Shown here piece by piece: positions 26,526-40,810 of a stretch of 64,000 nucleotides of DNA. Source of the stretch: Eledone cirrhosa. Its lineage: Eukaryota. The notes beneath the pieces were generated by a model. It was given only the letters and a program-made list of their open reading frames with translations, was not told the origin of the DNA and did no database searches. The stretch lies in NCBI GenBank assembly GCA_964016885.1, contig OZ024741.1, positions 312,852,001 through 312,916,000 of the forward strand, given 5' to 3'. Numbering within the stretch: position 1 is the stretch's first letter; each line of letters opens with the position of its first letter. The position numbers were made by a program, and so were the translations under genes.

Positions 26526-26535
<10 letters not shown>
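26254..26535. repeat. Perfect 282-bp palindrome with no spacer
   Basis: 141-bp arms centred on ...ACCGGTTGC|GCAACCGGT... Confidence 0.9.
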
Positions 26536-26576
<41 letters not shown>

Positions 26577-26584
26577 AGATACAC

Positions 26585-26617
<33 letters not shown>

Positions 26618-26923
26618 CACGTATATATATATGTATATTTATTTATATTTATATTAGTCCCGGTCTTAATCAGAGCTAACCTGAGTAGGTATGGAACAAA
26701 ATACAATTGTAGGATGTAAATATCCCTTTTAATAGAGATATGGCTTCTACAGTACTAGAACTATTTCATTCAAAATTAATCACCAGGAAAGCAGTTTCCT
26801 GATCATTTATCTGGATGAAACTACTCTAGTCTTGTAGAAGTTATTTCATTATTAAACATCATATTTTCATACACACACACAAACACACACATAAAGTAAA
26901 TACGTAACAAGTTTATAATATAC

Positions 26924-27058
26924 CTTCTTGGCAATTTACACCAATATAACCTGCAGAACATCCATCTAAACATGTTCCCTTAAACTGGTCACAGTTAATG
27001 TCGTTGATACAATGGCAGGTATGTTTACAACCATCACCAAACTTTCCTTCTGGGCATC
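26924..27058 (-). CDS. Internal exon (135 bp, phase 1-1), 8-Cys EGF-like repeat
   Basis: ttttcag acceptor and gtatat donor; translates GCPEGKFGDGCKHTCHCINDINCDQFKGTCLDGCSAGYIGVNCQE. Confidence 0.85.
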
Positions 27059-27169
27059 CTGAAAATATCAAAATATGTGATAATGTTGAAGATATCATTA
27101 ATTACATACAGATATCTGCAATTCTTATCCCCCCCCCTCTCTCTCTCTCTCTCCCTCACTCTCTCTCTC

Positions 27170-27212
<43 letters not shown>

Positions 27213-27227
27213 AATATATGTATCACC

Positions 27228-27311
<84 letters not shown>

Positions 27312-27539
27312 CATCTTTGATTGTGTGAACTACGGAATCCAAAACTACTAAAATAGAATAATGTGTTGCTGCATTCCTAGAATTTTCTGATCTGGAGATG
27401 TTCATACCATTATCATTCTAATCTCTACATTTGTTTTGAAAATATTTGAACGCCTTTGTCTTCCCACAGGAAACACTTTATTATTAAAATAGAAGAACCA
27501 CAGAGTTCAACAAGAAAGGATAAAGAAATGGACAGTACG

Positions 27540-29050
27540 ACCAGCCATCGGAGGGTTCTTGCTGTTCCCAGCAAGTATACCGTGTGAAGTGTTCCAGAAA
27601 AGGGGGCTGGACTAATGTTCTTTAACCAACTTTGAAAACTCTTCCCTATAATACCTAGTACACCTATGACAATAGGGACGACTTTGATCTCATGACAGTC
27701 CCAAATCCATTTAAATTCCCACTTTAAATCCTGGCATCGGTTAATTTTCTCCTCCTCCTCTTCTTGTACTCTTGTGTCAAAGGAGGAGGCTACATCTACA
27801 ATCAGGCACGATCTTTTTTTCTTTATCAAAACCACCAGTTCAAACCTGTTGTGTTCTAATTCTTTGTCTGCCTGTATCTTGAAATGCCATAGCACCTTCA
27901 CTCGATCGTTTTCTATCACCGACTCTGGCTTATGCTCATGCCACTTCTCAGAATATGGTAAATTGTTTAGAATGCATAAATGCCAGTGAATAATCTTTCC
28001 TATTATATCGTGCCTCCAATATTTATAGTGAGTCTGGCGGTGGATTGGCAGTATCGGTAGAGCGTCGGACGCCATGATTTCCTGCATAGTTACGTCCCTT
28101 TACGATCTGAGTTCAAATCCCGCCGAGGTTGACTTTGCCTTTCATCCTTACGGGGTCGATAAAATAAAGTACCAGTAATGTACTGGAAAATTGCTGGCCT
28201 TGTGCCTAAAGTAGAAACAAATATTTATAGTGAGTCTCTCTCTCTCTCTCTTTCCCTCTTTCTCTCCACAGATCATACAGAGTGGGCTAGCTTCTCTCTT
28301 TCCATTTTCAACACAATTATCTGTTAGTCCACTTCCTGATTTGAACTTTTTGGCCGAGAAAACTTGATTTGTTCATGTTTCGTGGCTATTTGTATTAGCT
28401 TTCTTGGTAGGTATAATCTTTCTACTACTGATTTTGGATGGTTTCTTCTAAATGCAGTCATTAATTTTCTTGTTGCACTATCTATTCCAGTTAGTTCTTT
28501 TAGGGTCCAGTTGAGAATGTTAAAGCTGTAACTCATTACAGGGATTACTAAACTGTTGATGCCAATCATCTTATTCTTTGCATTTAGATTTGAGTATTAA
28601 CCCAATTTTTCTGTAGTATTCTTTTATAATCTTTTCTTTTACCTGTGTGTGAATCTTATCTAGTTCGTTGATTCCTATGTATTTGTATGTCTTAGTTTGA
28701 TCTCGTTCTCTTATTTCTGTTTCTTTTCCCTAAAATGCTATTATTGCTTTCACTAGTTTCCCTCTCTTCAGAATTGATTTGGCACATTTTTCTAATCCAA
28801 ATGTTATGCCTATATATTTTGTGAATCCATGTACAGTTTGGAGCAGTGTTTCGAGTTGTTTTTCATTTGTAGCGTAGGAGCTTTAGATCATCCATATATA
28901 GGAGATGGTTAATTTTCGCATTGTAGCATTTATACCCTAGCCCGATTCTGTTTAGTGTTTTCGATAGTAATGTTTTGGAAGCCAGCAAGGATAGCGTAGT
29001 TTGTCCACAGTTTATAATAGTGGGATACATAGTCAAACATTTGTGAGGGT
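27540..29050 (-). mobile_element. Degraded R4/Dong-like RLE fragments, interrupted by a SINE
   Basis: WRHD...CLIVDVA...EKINR (similar to ORF 9481-10170), INHLLYMDDLK and ERLYLPR. Confidence 0.8.
28036..28219 (+). mobile_element. tRNA-type SINE with 18-bp TSD
   Basis: B-box-like GTTCAAATCC; central GCCTTTCATCCTTACGGGGTCGATAAAATAAAGTACCAG, resembling the Deu/Nin domain; TSD AATATTTATAGTGAGTCT at 28018-28035 and 28220-28237. Confidence 0.85.
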
Positions 29051-29059
29051 TTGGTAGAT

Positions 29060-31120
29060 GCATATAGGCAAGGACCCGGTTACTGGAAGGTGAACGCTTT
29101 ATTCCAGTTGTGCAAAACCTAAAGAGAATGGTTATAGGAATTATTTAGGCGGAAGTTGAGACTCGCACTCGTGGGCAACAACTGATGATACGATCTCAAA
29201 ATGGCGATTAGAATAGAATCGATAATGTTCAGTAAAGCCGTAGCTATAGAAAATATTGGAGTAGAGGGAGATCTATAGTAAATGCATTTAGCAAAGTATA
29301 ATAGCAACCAACGTATTTGTGGCGAGATTGGTCCTGGAGTAATTGTTAAATTCTCAACACGAAGGCTGCATAGACAGAAGTAAGGGGTGTGATCTTAGAC
29401 ACAGGTGGATGAAAGTTTTCCAATGGGTCCAAGTGGCTTAGGCACAGTAGGGTAACAAAGCCACAATCCGTTCTTTGGAGCCTTTCTAAGGGCGCATGTT
29501 ACTAGATCCCGAACAGATGTGTGAGAAATATTCAGCAACACTTTGCACGACTGTTCTGCAGCAGCGCTGAGCCGGATCGTGGGTTAGACTTTATTGCCTA
29601 AATCTACTGCCGATTGTGGGTCTCTACAACGCAGGTAAAGTGTTGCGAAGAGCCAATAACTGCTGCCACAATACAGGAGGCAACGACTAAGTGAACGAGG
29701 GATACATTTTGATGGTCTGGCCTACGAGATTTACGTTCACATTCCAGAATTCGGTGACGTCTTGGCTGATGTCTACTGCAACTGGCAGCAGAACGGGATA
29801 ATTCCCACTTCTGTAAGTCATGGATTTGTGGCACTGTTGAGAAAGGCCCCAAATATATGTGACGATGTTAATAATTTTAGGCTTGCGGTAGCTGGTGATT
29901 GTCAGGTATCGGAGGCGCAGAAATTCGCAATCCCAGGTAGATCCATCCACGGCAACCATTACCTCATGTGATACATCATAGAAAATGTGGTTAAGAAACC
30001 AGGTATATGTGTGATCCTTAACGATTTAGATCAATCGAAAGCTTTCGATAGGGTGCGCCAACGCTTTCAGGCTGGAAGGTCAAAGGTATGTTACATTGGT
30101 TCCATACGTTCATTTGTACGTTTTAACTCTCAAGCCATTACTACACTTGTTGGAGATGCTGGAGAGCATCCCGCTTGCACTAGGATATGATTGAACCACA
30201 TAAGCAGTTGCTGACGACGTCATTATTTTGGTGTGTCGAGTACCAAAGACATCCAGATGATAGGCACTGCAGTTCGGAAGTATATAGTTGAAAAAGAAAC
30301 CACAAATAAAGAAGTGTAGATGGGACTGCAGCAGGGCATCTAAAGAGGCAGGTCTATACCAGCTAACATCATCGTCCGAATGTCTTGAAGCGCCCACAGT
30401 TCTCTACGAAAAATGGAAATTCAACCTTGGCGAGCTTTACAGGGTTAGTGGAAGGTAAAACGATGACATTCTCGGGAAACTCTTGGCGCCGAAGATAATA
30501 AATTAGTCACTTTATATCTGGAGAAACCCCTGTCCAAGGCTCAATGAATAACGTCTGGATATTCCTGGGTTTGCAGTGTTATCGATGAACTTTACCAGTT
30601 CCAGTTAAACACTATGTACAAGGAAGTTCCGTAGACCGGGCCTCACTGAGTTGCATGCAGGGCGTTTAATATCTAAGCATATGCTGTCTTGAGGGTTTAT
30701 GTCGAACACTTGTTGTCACGGGTAGAACGGATTCAGCTATCAGCTGAGTCCATTGTCAAGATTGTCCTACCGCATTCCTTTAAAGCAAAGGGCAGGGAGG
30801 TTTTATCGGCCGTGAAGCCAGGGCGAAAGAGGTCTTGTGAGGTACACGCCAGAAAGGGTTGACGGTAAGGAGCTTCCTCTTCAGTGAAGTCTTAATTAAC
30901 ATTGTCGGGTTCAATTGAAGCGGAAAATCAGAGAGTAGACGGAAGTGCTAGCTTCCAAGGAGTTTGTCGTAGGGTGGGTGAAAGAGGCCAGAATATCCCA
31001 TGTGAATGGGCCTGCTCTGAGTATGCGGTTCTAGATTGGAGGGGGAAAACTGACAAGCGTGGTTTCGTGTGTGTTTCCATGAGCAGCCCTCAATCTGATC
31101 ATCCTTATTGATAAATGCCA
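29060..31120 (+). mobile_element. Old, heavily degraded L1/Tx1 ORF2 copy related to 10281-16134
   Basis: ADVYCNWQ..GII and DLDQSKAFD; colinear with the minus-strand Tx1 ORF2. Confidence 0.75.
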
Positions 31121-31402
31121 ATTTTTTTTTTTATTTCCTTGTTACGCTTACTTCATTACTGTTAAATATGTCTCCACGCAAAACCCTTATACGGACACAA
31201 ACACGCGCGTGTGCTTGTCTGTATGTGTCTCTAACGTAGTATGTATAACGAAATTATTTCATGGTTGTAAGTTTATCACACACACAAGCACACACACAAG
31301 CACACACACATACACACTCACACACATGAACACACACACACATACACACACACACACTCATACACCCACACAAAACATACACACATACACACACACACAC
31401 GC

Positions 31403-31533
<131 letters not shown>

Positions 31534-31561
31534 GTAACTACGTAAAACGTATATGATATAC

Positions 31562-31696
31562 CTCTCTGGCAATTGACACCATAATAACCAGACAAACATC
31601 CATCAGAACAGTTTCCATTCCGCTTGTCACAGTTAATGTTGTTGATACAAAGACATCTCCCATTACACTCTAAACCAAACCTTCCAACTTCGCACT
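31562..31696 (-). CDS. Internal exon (135 bp, phase 1-1), 8-Cys EGF-like repeat
   Basis: ttttcag acceptor and gtatat donor; translates ECEVGRFGLECNGRCLCINNINCDKRNGNCSDGCLSGYYGVNCQR. Read manually; the ORF track catches only part of it. Confidence 0.85.
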
Positions 31697-32439
31697 CTGA
31701 AAATATAAGTATAGAAAATAATGTTGCAGATATAATTTATTACATAGAGTTATAAATGAGATATCAATTGAACAATTTTATACCATATCAATACAATTAA
31801 GCTTAAAATGGTCTAGTGATAATGGAATGAAACTTAATACGCCTATTGAATTATGTCATTAGATGAAGCGGGAAGAACAAACTCTTGCTATAAAACATAT
31901 CATATTATTCTTGCTTCAAAGAAGTCATAATATTCTTGCTGTGACAAAAATCAGGAGACTAATTTTATTTTTGGCTAAGCAGAAAAATTTGAATCTACCG
32001 TATTAGGAAAATGATATAATTTATAAGTAAAATTATTAAATATAAAAATAATGAAGTTATAAATCATAAGAAAAATTAGAAAAATAATGATTTAGGCTCA
32101 TACACTGACCTGTGTGGATGCATGCGTTAGCAAAAATATAGTGTATACAAATTATACACGCACATATACACACACACATACAAACTGACATACATACATA
32201 CACACATATATATATATAATCGAAAAACCCTTCATATCAATTCTACTTTTGAACTGTGAAACCGCTAAAGGAAACAAACAAGTATTCTTAAAAAGACGCC
32301 AGTGCATTTTCGATTTCATCTGTTTTCCTTATACTTTCACTCGTGTAGGAAATCTCGTTTTTTTTTATTTTTGAAAAAAAAAACTCATTTTCTTACACAC
32401 ACACACACACACACGCGCGCGCGCGCACGCACACACACA

Positions 32440-32675
<236 letters not shown>

Positions 32676-32853
32676 ATATATATATATATATGTATATATA
32701 AATTTTGAGTAAGTGTTGGTTGTTTACTGACACCTTAGTATGCAGGTTGGACCACTCGACGAAGTAAGCAGGTTGGTTTGTTTACTCCGGAGTAATTTAA
32801 AATAAAATGTGCAAGTCAAACATGTTAAAGTTGGCTTCGTTTATTCTAATTCT

Positions 32854-32906
32854 CTGCTATATATATTTCAGTGACAGCCATTATTGGCTGTGACCTCATC
32901 AGGCAG
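32854..32906 (-). ncRNA. Type-I hammerhead ribozyme, canonical core (mutated inverted copy at 33011-33063)
   Basis: CTGC-CTGATGA-GGTcACAGCCA(ATAA)TGGCTGTcACT-GAAA-TATATA-TA-GCAG, with stem I CTGC/GCAG and a palindromic stem III. Confidence 0.8.
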
Positions 32907-33258
32907 TAAGAATTAATGTTGAAAAAACAGGTAAACATGGTATTGTAATGTGTTCCACTCTGTTAATTTATCGATATGTCCAGCTCCCGTTTTTTCTACA
33001 TTAATTCTTACTGCCAGATGAGGTCACAGCCAATAATGGCTGTCAATGAAATATATATAGCAGCGAATTGGAATAAACGAAGCCGACATTAACATGTTTG
33101 ACCTACACATTATATTTTATATGTATATATACACAAAACGCTAGCACCAACAGTTTTGCATCAGATGTCAACATGAATGGACCTGTTATTTTTATCTAAA
33201 GACATCTTTTCCAATTCCAACACGCCCGTCCCCTCAATATATCTTATATCACATTCTA

Positions 33259-33294
33259 TCTTCTGATGAAGGAGTAGCGTCCGAAACGTAAGAA
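33259..33294 (+). ncRNA. Minimal hammerhead ribozyme motif
   Basis: CTGATGA-A-GGA(GTAGCG)TCC-GAAACGTA; stem I is weak. Confidence 0.65.
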
Positions 33295-33392
33295 CCTGTT
33301 CCTGCTATATCAAGCGTTAAACTAATACATCCATTCCATATAGTGTACCGATTGTGTTGTTATTCCTGTTTAACTTTTACATACACACACAT

Positions 33393-33512
<120 letters not shown>

Positions 33513-33540
33513 GTATATATATGTATGAATATATATATAT

Positions 33541-34171
33541 ATGAGAAAAATGGACCGCTGCCTGGTCGCACGTGGGTTACATATGAATAAAATTAGTCCT
33601 TCATCAGTGATCTTCCAACTTTCATTGGTATTTCATCGCTTTAAAAATCATATTTGGAAGATCACTGATGAAGGACTAATTTTATTCATATGTAACCCAT
33701 GTGCAACCAGGCAGCGCTCCATTTTTCTCATATTTATATTTTTTCCTCAGCTGCGATTGTCTGTTTCTTTCTTACTGCTTCCCCCCTCTCTCTGTATCTC
33801 TCTCCTCTTCTTACCCCATCTGCCAGTCACACTCTCTCTCGGCTGGTCTCTTCCTCACACTTCCACTCACTCACTCTCTGCCTCTCCCCTCTCTCACTTC
33901 CTCCCGTTTGACCTGTGTGAAATCCTTATCTCGCTCACACCTCACCATTGTCGGATGGCCTGTATCTCTCGCCCATGAATTCACCAAGATTAAGCTTACA
34001 GATTTCATGTGCTTGTCTCTTCCTATCTTTCCGTTGCCATACCATCGTTGTTTATTTACATGTCTCGCTCGTTTCACCCTATTTTACTTGTCCCAATAAC
34101 TTTATTTGTTATTGCTCGCACCAAATATGATTTTTAATGCGATGAAATACCAATTAAAGTTGGATGATCAC

Positions 34172-34175
<4 letters not shown>
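33541..34175. repeat. Repeat family shared with 49675-50765; contains a local inverted repeat (33541-33618 versus 33654-33731)
   Basis: The motif ATGAGAAAAA...GGGTTACATATGAATAAA.TTAGTCCTTCATCAGTGATCTTCCAAC recurs at 33541, 49674 and 50307. Confidence 0.75.
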
Positions 34176-34250
<75 letters not shown>

Positions 34251-34417
34251 GGGGTAACACATAATAGTTATATCTAGTCCCCTTAGGTATAGTCCAGTTA
34301 TGGTATTCCGGGTAGTGGATGATATCAACGCTAGGCTTTGTTTGACTCAACAAGGCGTATTCATAGTGATGTTGCGAGTATGCTGTAATTCCTATGTTGT
34401 AAACACTTGGAGTAATA

Positions 34418-35349
34418 ATAAATCAGGAAAGAAGATTGACATGGTTTACAATACAAAAAGGGTTTTTAATCTCATTGCTGACAATTGTTTCTCTGAACTG
34501 GTAGGTCTAGAGATCGCTATTCGCTTGTTTTCACGTTACTCGATCGCCAATACAAAATTATAACCAGTCAGTTCTTCGGAGCATGCGAGAATGAAGAGAA
34601 TATACAGGCATGAATGGAATATACAGGCTACTATATGAAGTAGTAATGGCATTTAGTTAGAACAATAACAACAATTACAACAATGCTAGTAATAAATTAT
34701 TTGAGGAGACCCTGACATTACATTAGGTGAGGGGTATTTTGTATCTAAGATTCCGGCGTGTAAAACTAGCTGACATGAAGCAGAAGTATAAGTTTGGCAT
34801 GTCGTAGGGTGTATTGTATCAATTTTAAAGATAAGCCGGTGTTTATCACCAATATAGGTCAGGTGGGCGTAATGTTCAGTATTTATCTGACCGACGAAGT
34901 ATTTATCATTGAGTAGAATGTGTGTGGTCTACATTAGATGAGAATACAGTCTTTCTTTTCATCTTCAATAACATACATGTATCGAACCAACGCAACATAG
35001 CTTTAAACTAGGATACCCACTACCCTGCATAAATCACCACAGAAATATACTCATTAAGTACACTCTAGCCTTCACAAGTCTTTACCACACAAATGTCTGT
35101 AAGTACCTCATCAACCCATAAACTTATTTCTTCTCAGCTGCTGCCATCACTTGATCCTAAATCCAAGAATTTCTCAAATCACTACGACAATGTAACTTTA
35201 CCTTCCTTTTGCCATAATTACAGTCAACATGTTTATCTCTTTGCATATATGTATGTATTTGTACGAGTGTATATTGATGTGTATGTATGTGTCTATGTAC
35301 ACGTGCGTGTGTATATATGTGTGTGTGTGTATATGTGTGTATGTGTATG

Positions 35350-35404
<55 letters not shown>

Positions 35405-36020
35405 TGCCTCCTTAACCTCTGTATTAACTCGCCCACTATTTAGCTTTGACAGTGTTGTCCCATACATGTATGTTATTGAAGATGAAAAGAAAAACTGTAT
35501 TCTCATCTAATGTAGACCACACAAATTCTACTCAATGATAAATACTTCGTCGGTCAGATAAATACTGAACATTACGGCCACCTGACCTATATTAGTGATA
35601 AACACCGGCATATCTTTAAAATTGATACAATACACCCTACGACATGCCAAACGTATACTTCTGCTTCATGTCAGCTAGTTTTACACGCCGAAATCTTAAA
35701 TACAATATACCCCACACCTAATGTAATGTCAGGGTCTCCTCAAATAATGTATTACTAGCATTGTTGTAATTGTTGTTATTGTTCTAACTGAATGCCATTA
35801 CTACTTCATATAGTAGCCTGTATATTCCATTCATGCCTGTATATTCTCTTCATTCTCGCATGCTCCGAAGAACTGACTGGTTATAATTTTGTATTGGCGA
35901 TCGAGTAACGTGAAAACAAGCGAATAGCGATCTCTAGACCTACCAGTTCAGAGAAACAATTGTCAACAATGAGATTAAAAACCTTTTTTGTATTGCAAAC
36001 CATGTTAATCTTCTTTCCTG

Positions 36021-36025
<5 letters not shown>
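34418..36025. repeat. Long inverted repeat (~565-bp arms, 34418-34982 and 35463-36025), probable PLE pLTR remnant
   Basis: The arms are reverse complements with scattered mismatches, and each carries a variant hammerhead. Confidence 0.85.
35861..35968 (+). ncRNA. Variant hammerhead with CCGAAGA core and long stem II insertion (inverted copy at 34476-34583)
   Basis: TGCT-CCGAAGA-A-CTGACTGG...CCAGTTCAG-A-GAAAC-AATT-GTC-A(G/A)CA. Confidence 0.55.
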
Positions 36026-36105
<80 letters not shown>

Positions 36106-37722
36106 GATTACACAAGTATCAACGATTTGTTTAAAACATTTAATCGCTGACAATTGTTTCTTCCAAACCTAAGCTTGGAGTCCTCCGAGCATGTTCTATG
36201 TTTGTACATATAATTAACCTCCTATTTAACTGAAGAATCATACAGATACATAAATATTGATTTTGTGGACAACAGTTTCATGTTTACAGGGTGGAATGGA
36301 TGCGACATGTATTATACGAGAATTGTACAATAATTCAAATTAAGATTAAAATTAAAATTTAGAATAAAAATAAAAATAAAAGAATAGGGTAGAATATATG
36401 CGACAGATAATACAAGAGAATAGCTTTAAACCTAGTATATAACAATGTCAGATTTGAACTCATCACTACCATTAGCACTTCACCTCTAAGACTTGCCTTC
36501 CACCGCTGCATCACACTCTTTGATCCACCCTTTCCTCTACATTAATCATTGTATCTCTAACGTTATACTCCAGAAATATTCTTATAGTCACCAAATTTTA
36601 ATATAATTACTTTAGATTACTTATAATTATATAGTGATTGAAATATAATATAATATATATAAACTTTAAATATTAAATGTAACAATGAATTATATATACA
36701 TTTATAATTAAATGTATAAATTAGTAACATTGTATATAAAGGATAAATTTATTAACATAAGGGATTTATCTAACTTAAATGTGATATGGAACAATGAATT
36801 ATATATACATTTATAATTAAATGTATAAATTAATAACATTGTATATAAAGGATTAATTTCTTTACTCAAGGGATGTATCTCATTTATCATGCAAACAGCT
36901 ATACGTTATTCCATAACTTTCCAAATATTGGGTAGACAACAATGTAATGAAACCTTTTAATATATTATGAGAGAGTAGACTGTATTTAAAATTAAATACA
37001 AATATATAACTGTTTATATAAGGGATTCAATTGAGGCGCTATATAATGTCTATTAAAGCAAGGAATTTTTTTTATTATTATGAGCTAGTTACCTCCCCTT
37101 ACGCATTAGCTCCCCTTAATTCCATATCCACTTCCGGATATTAAACCGTTGAAAATTCTCGCAGTAGAACAACTCTAATCCATAAATATGAATACAATAA
37201 AACCAAGTTACAATCCATTACTATACAAACATTCAATACAAATATAACTTAACATATGTAATAGATGTGAAATCTGTAACTTTCATATTCTGCACACATA
37301 CAAATTTGGACTATACAGAAAATATCATCGCATTCCATCCACCATAATACACTAACATATTCGCTTAAAGTGCTTGTATTTTATGTAATACCTTGCCATA
37401 CACTACTCATATATGCATGATATATTTGCTTGTTCCATTCCTTTATATATGACTAGCGCATGTAGTATCTCTTTAATTTAATTATTATACTATTCTCTTG
37501 TATTATCTGTCGCATGTATTCCAGCCTACGCTTTTTATTTTAATTTTAATTTTTAACTTTAATTTTAATCTTAATTTGAATTATTGTACAATTCTCGTAT
37601 AATATATGTCGCATCCATTCCACCCTGTAAACGTGAAACTGTTGTCCACAACATCAATATATATGTATATGTATGTTTCTTCAGTTAAATAAGAGGTTAA
37701 TTATATGTACAAACATTGATAA

Positions 37723-37769
37723 TGCTCCGAGGAAACCAAGCTTAGCTTTGGAAGAAACAATTGTCAGCG
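37723..37769 (+). ncRNA. Variant hammerhead in pLTR (inverted copy at 36145-36191; partial copy at ~41800-41837)
   Basis: TGCT-CCGAGGA-...CCAAG(CTTAGC)TTTGG..-GAAAC-AATT-GTC-AGCG. Confidence 0.55.
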
Positions 37770-40625
37770 ATTAAATGTTTTAAACATAACTTTATACTTG
37801 TGTTATCTATATTACTGCTCTGTAAAACAACTGATGTTCTTACACTGAGATATTTCTGTTATTGGTAATACGGTAGTAATAAATTACTGACCTTCCCTGT
37901 TTATAGTTGTTTATAGTATAGTATATACATAACTATAAATAGTATCTTTAATATTATTAACTGCTCCATACTGTTGAGCTAACATACACTAAATTACCAG
38001 TATGCTGATCAAAGACTACCTTCCTATGTTTACTAAGAACATACCAATACCATCTAAAGATACATATGAACAATTATTGATCAATAGTGTCAACTCCTTT
38101 ATCAATAGAGTGAGATGGAGGACATTCCATTCTGATAAAAACAGATCTAACAAAACCGATGATACTAACAAATTTGATTCTTTCGGCTTTAAAACTTTTA
38201 AAAGCCGTCCTCACAACACATTATTAAACTCTTTTTAATATGACCTAATAAAACTAGTTAAATACAAAATGCATCGTAATAGAAACAACACCTTCTTAAA
38301 TAAACTTAACTCCACTATTAAAGGATTCAATACAAATAATAAAATGTTAGTACATGCAGAACAAACTAATAATATATATAGCCTAGATTATGATACATAT
38401 AGAACATTTATATATAAAGAACAACATAGGAGCTATTGGAAAACTACTATTAAAAACCTAGAAGATATTAATTTAAGCATTCGATAAGACTAATCTGCCC
38501 TTCCAAATCTGACATTCGTATTATCAGTAAGAACATTTTAGATAAAAATCATCCCTCAAATTAGCACAACATATATCTTAATCAGTGGGGAAATACAGGT
38601 GAAGTTATTGAATGGTTTAAGGATATTAAAGAGAAAAAAAAAATCTATACAGTTTGATATCAATTCATACTACACCTCTATTTCCACTATCCTATTTAAT
38701 AAGGCACTTATTATGGTCATGAACAATAGTGACCTGACTAGATCCCAGATTGATGTCATACTTGCGGCCCGAAAAACCATAATTACATTTGAAGATCAAT
38801 TATGGAGCCGCAAGGATACGCATAACAACTTTTAATTAACAATGGGATCTAGTGACTCGGCGCAGGTCACTGATTTGGTGGGCCTATATCTACGAAATGA
38901 AATCCATAACGACCTACCATACCTCAACGGTAGTTTATACCGGGATGATGCACTACTCCTTATAGACTATAACAAATTTAATATAGAAAGAACTAGGAAA
39001 CTATTACATACAATTTTCAAAAACTTCATCTTAAGTATCACCATAGACAAAAACACTAAAAATGTTAACTTCCTTGATGCTACCCTTTACCTAGACTCTA
39101 AAATATGTACACCCTTTCATAAACCTAACGAAAAACTAAATTATGTAGATACCAAGTCTAACCAGCCTAAATCCATATTAAACTCAATCACTAAAGGTAT
39201 ATCTAATAGAATCTCTAATCTATCTTACAACGAAAACAAATTTAACAATAATTCACAATACTATAACCAGGCATTAGCTAAATCAGGCCATAATAATGGG
39301 ATTGAATTCCTACCTATAAAATCACATAGTTACAGTATTATTTCTCACAATATGGCCACGAGGAAAAATAATAAGAAGAATAGTAGCCACCCTTACTCTA
39401 ATACGAAGGGTAGTATCAAACTTAACTCGCACCAAAGTAGACACCAAAATAATATTATAAACAGAAATACCTCAATAGATATTATAAAACAAATAGAAGA
39501 ACTAATACATTTTTAAATCCCCCTTTCAATCTAAACGTCTCTACTAACTTACCTAAGACTTTCTTCTCAATCCTAGAAAAAAACTTCCCATCTGATCACA
39601 AATACCATAATCCTATAAATAAAAACACCATTAAAATCTCTTACTCTACCACACTTAACATAGCATACCATATAGCTAGTAGTAATAAAAGAAAGATTAA
39701 TACTTATTTTCAACAAATTAAAACACAGCAGGAGGTAAATTTTCAGAACAACATAATAACTACAAACCCTAATAGCAATAGTAATAATAGGAATAACACT
39801 AATGAAATCAATAACATTAGAAACGACAACCATAATAGCCCTAATACTAACCCTAGCAACCAGACTTCTACACAACATAATAACCGACAAGATAAAATCC
39901 ATAATAAATGTAACTGTAGATCAAATAAAACTTGCTCTTTAGGTAACAACTGCTTAATCAAACACATCATTTACTCCTGCACGGTCAACACTAACAACTC
40001 TTCTAAAACATATATAGGTTCTACTTCGAACTGCTTCAAGACGAGATACAACTCGCACCTCCACTCTTTCAAAAACACAATCTAGCCAACTCCACTTCAC
40101 TATCTAGCTACATACAATATCTGAAAACTAGGAATAGAACATATACACTTCAATGAGAAGTAGTAGTTAGGGCTGCATCGTATAAACCACCTAATACATT
40201 TTGTAACCTCTGTCTCCTAGAGACCCATACTATAATCTTTTCGAATCTTAACCTTCTTAAGAAAAGAAATCGGAAGTGTTTGCATCGTGCCAGCACCGTT
40301 TCGGACACCCATTCCATAGCTTTAAACATAGTATATAACAATATCAGATTTGAACTCATCACCATCATTAGCACTTCACCTCTAGAACTTGCGTTCCACC
40401 TCTGCATCACACGCTTTGATGCACCCTTTCCTCTACATAAATCATTTATATCTCTAACGTTATACTCTAGAAATATTCTTATAGTCACCACATTTTAAGA
40501 TAATTACTTTAGATTACTTATAATTTTATAGTGATTGAAATATAATATAATATATATAAACTTTAAATATTAAACGTAACAATGAATTATATATACATTT
40601 ATAATTAAATGTATATATTAATAAC

Positions 40626-40810
40626 TGTTTCTACTTTAGGCACAAGGCCTGCAAATACCCAGTACTTTACTGGTACTTTATTTTATCGACCCGTAAGGAT
40701 GAATGGCAAAGTTAACCTCGGCGGGATTTGAACCCAGACTGTAAAGGGACGTAACTATGCTAGAAAGCATGGCGTCCGACTCACTACCGATACTGCCAAT
40801 CCACCGCCCT
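40626..40810 (-). mobile_element. tRNA-type SINE inserted in the 3' pLTR
   Basis: Same family as 28036-28219; absent from the paralogous 5' pLTR. Confidence 0.85.

Noticed and set aside
28036-28130. tRNA gene
   Set aside because: It is the head of a multi-copy SINE with TSDs and has no full cloverleaf.
33660-33720. CTGATGA (also at ~49731 and ~50364 on the minus strand) as a hammerhead
   Set aside because: No stem II followed by GAAA and NUH could be built.
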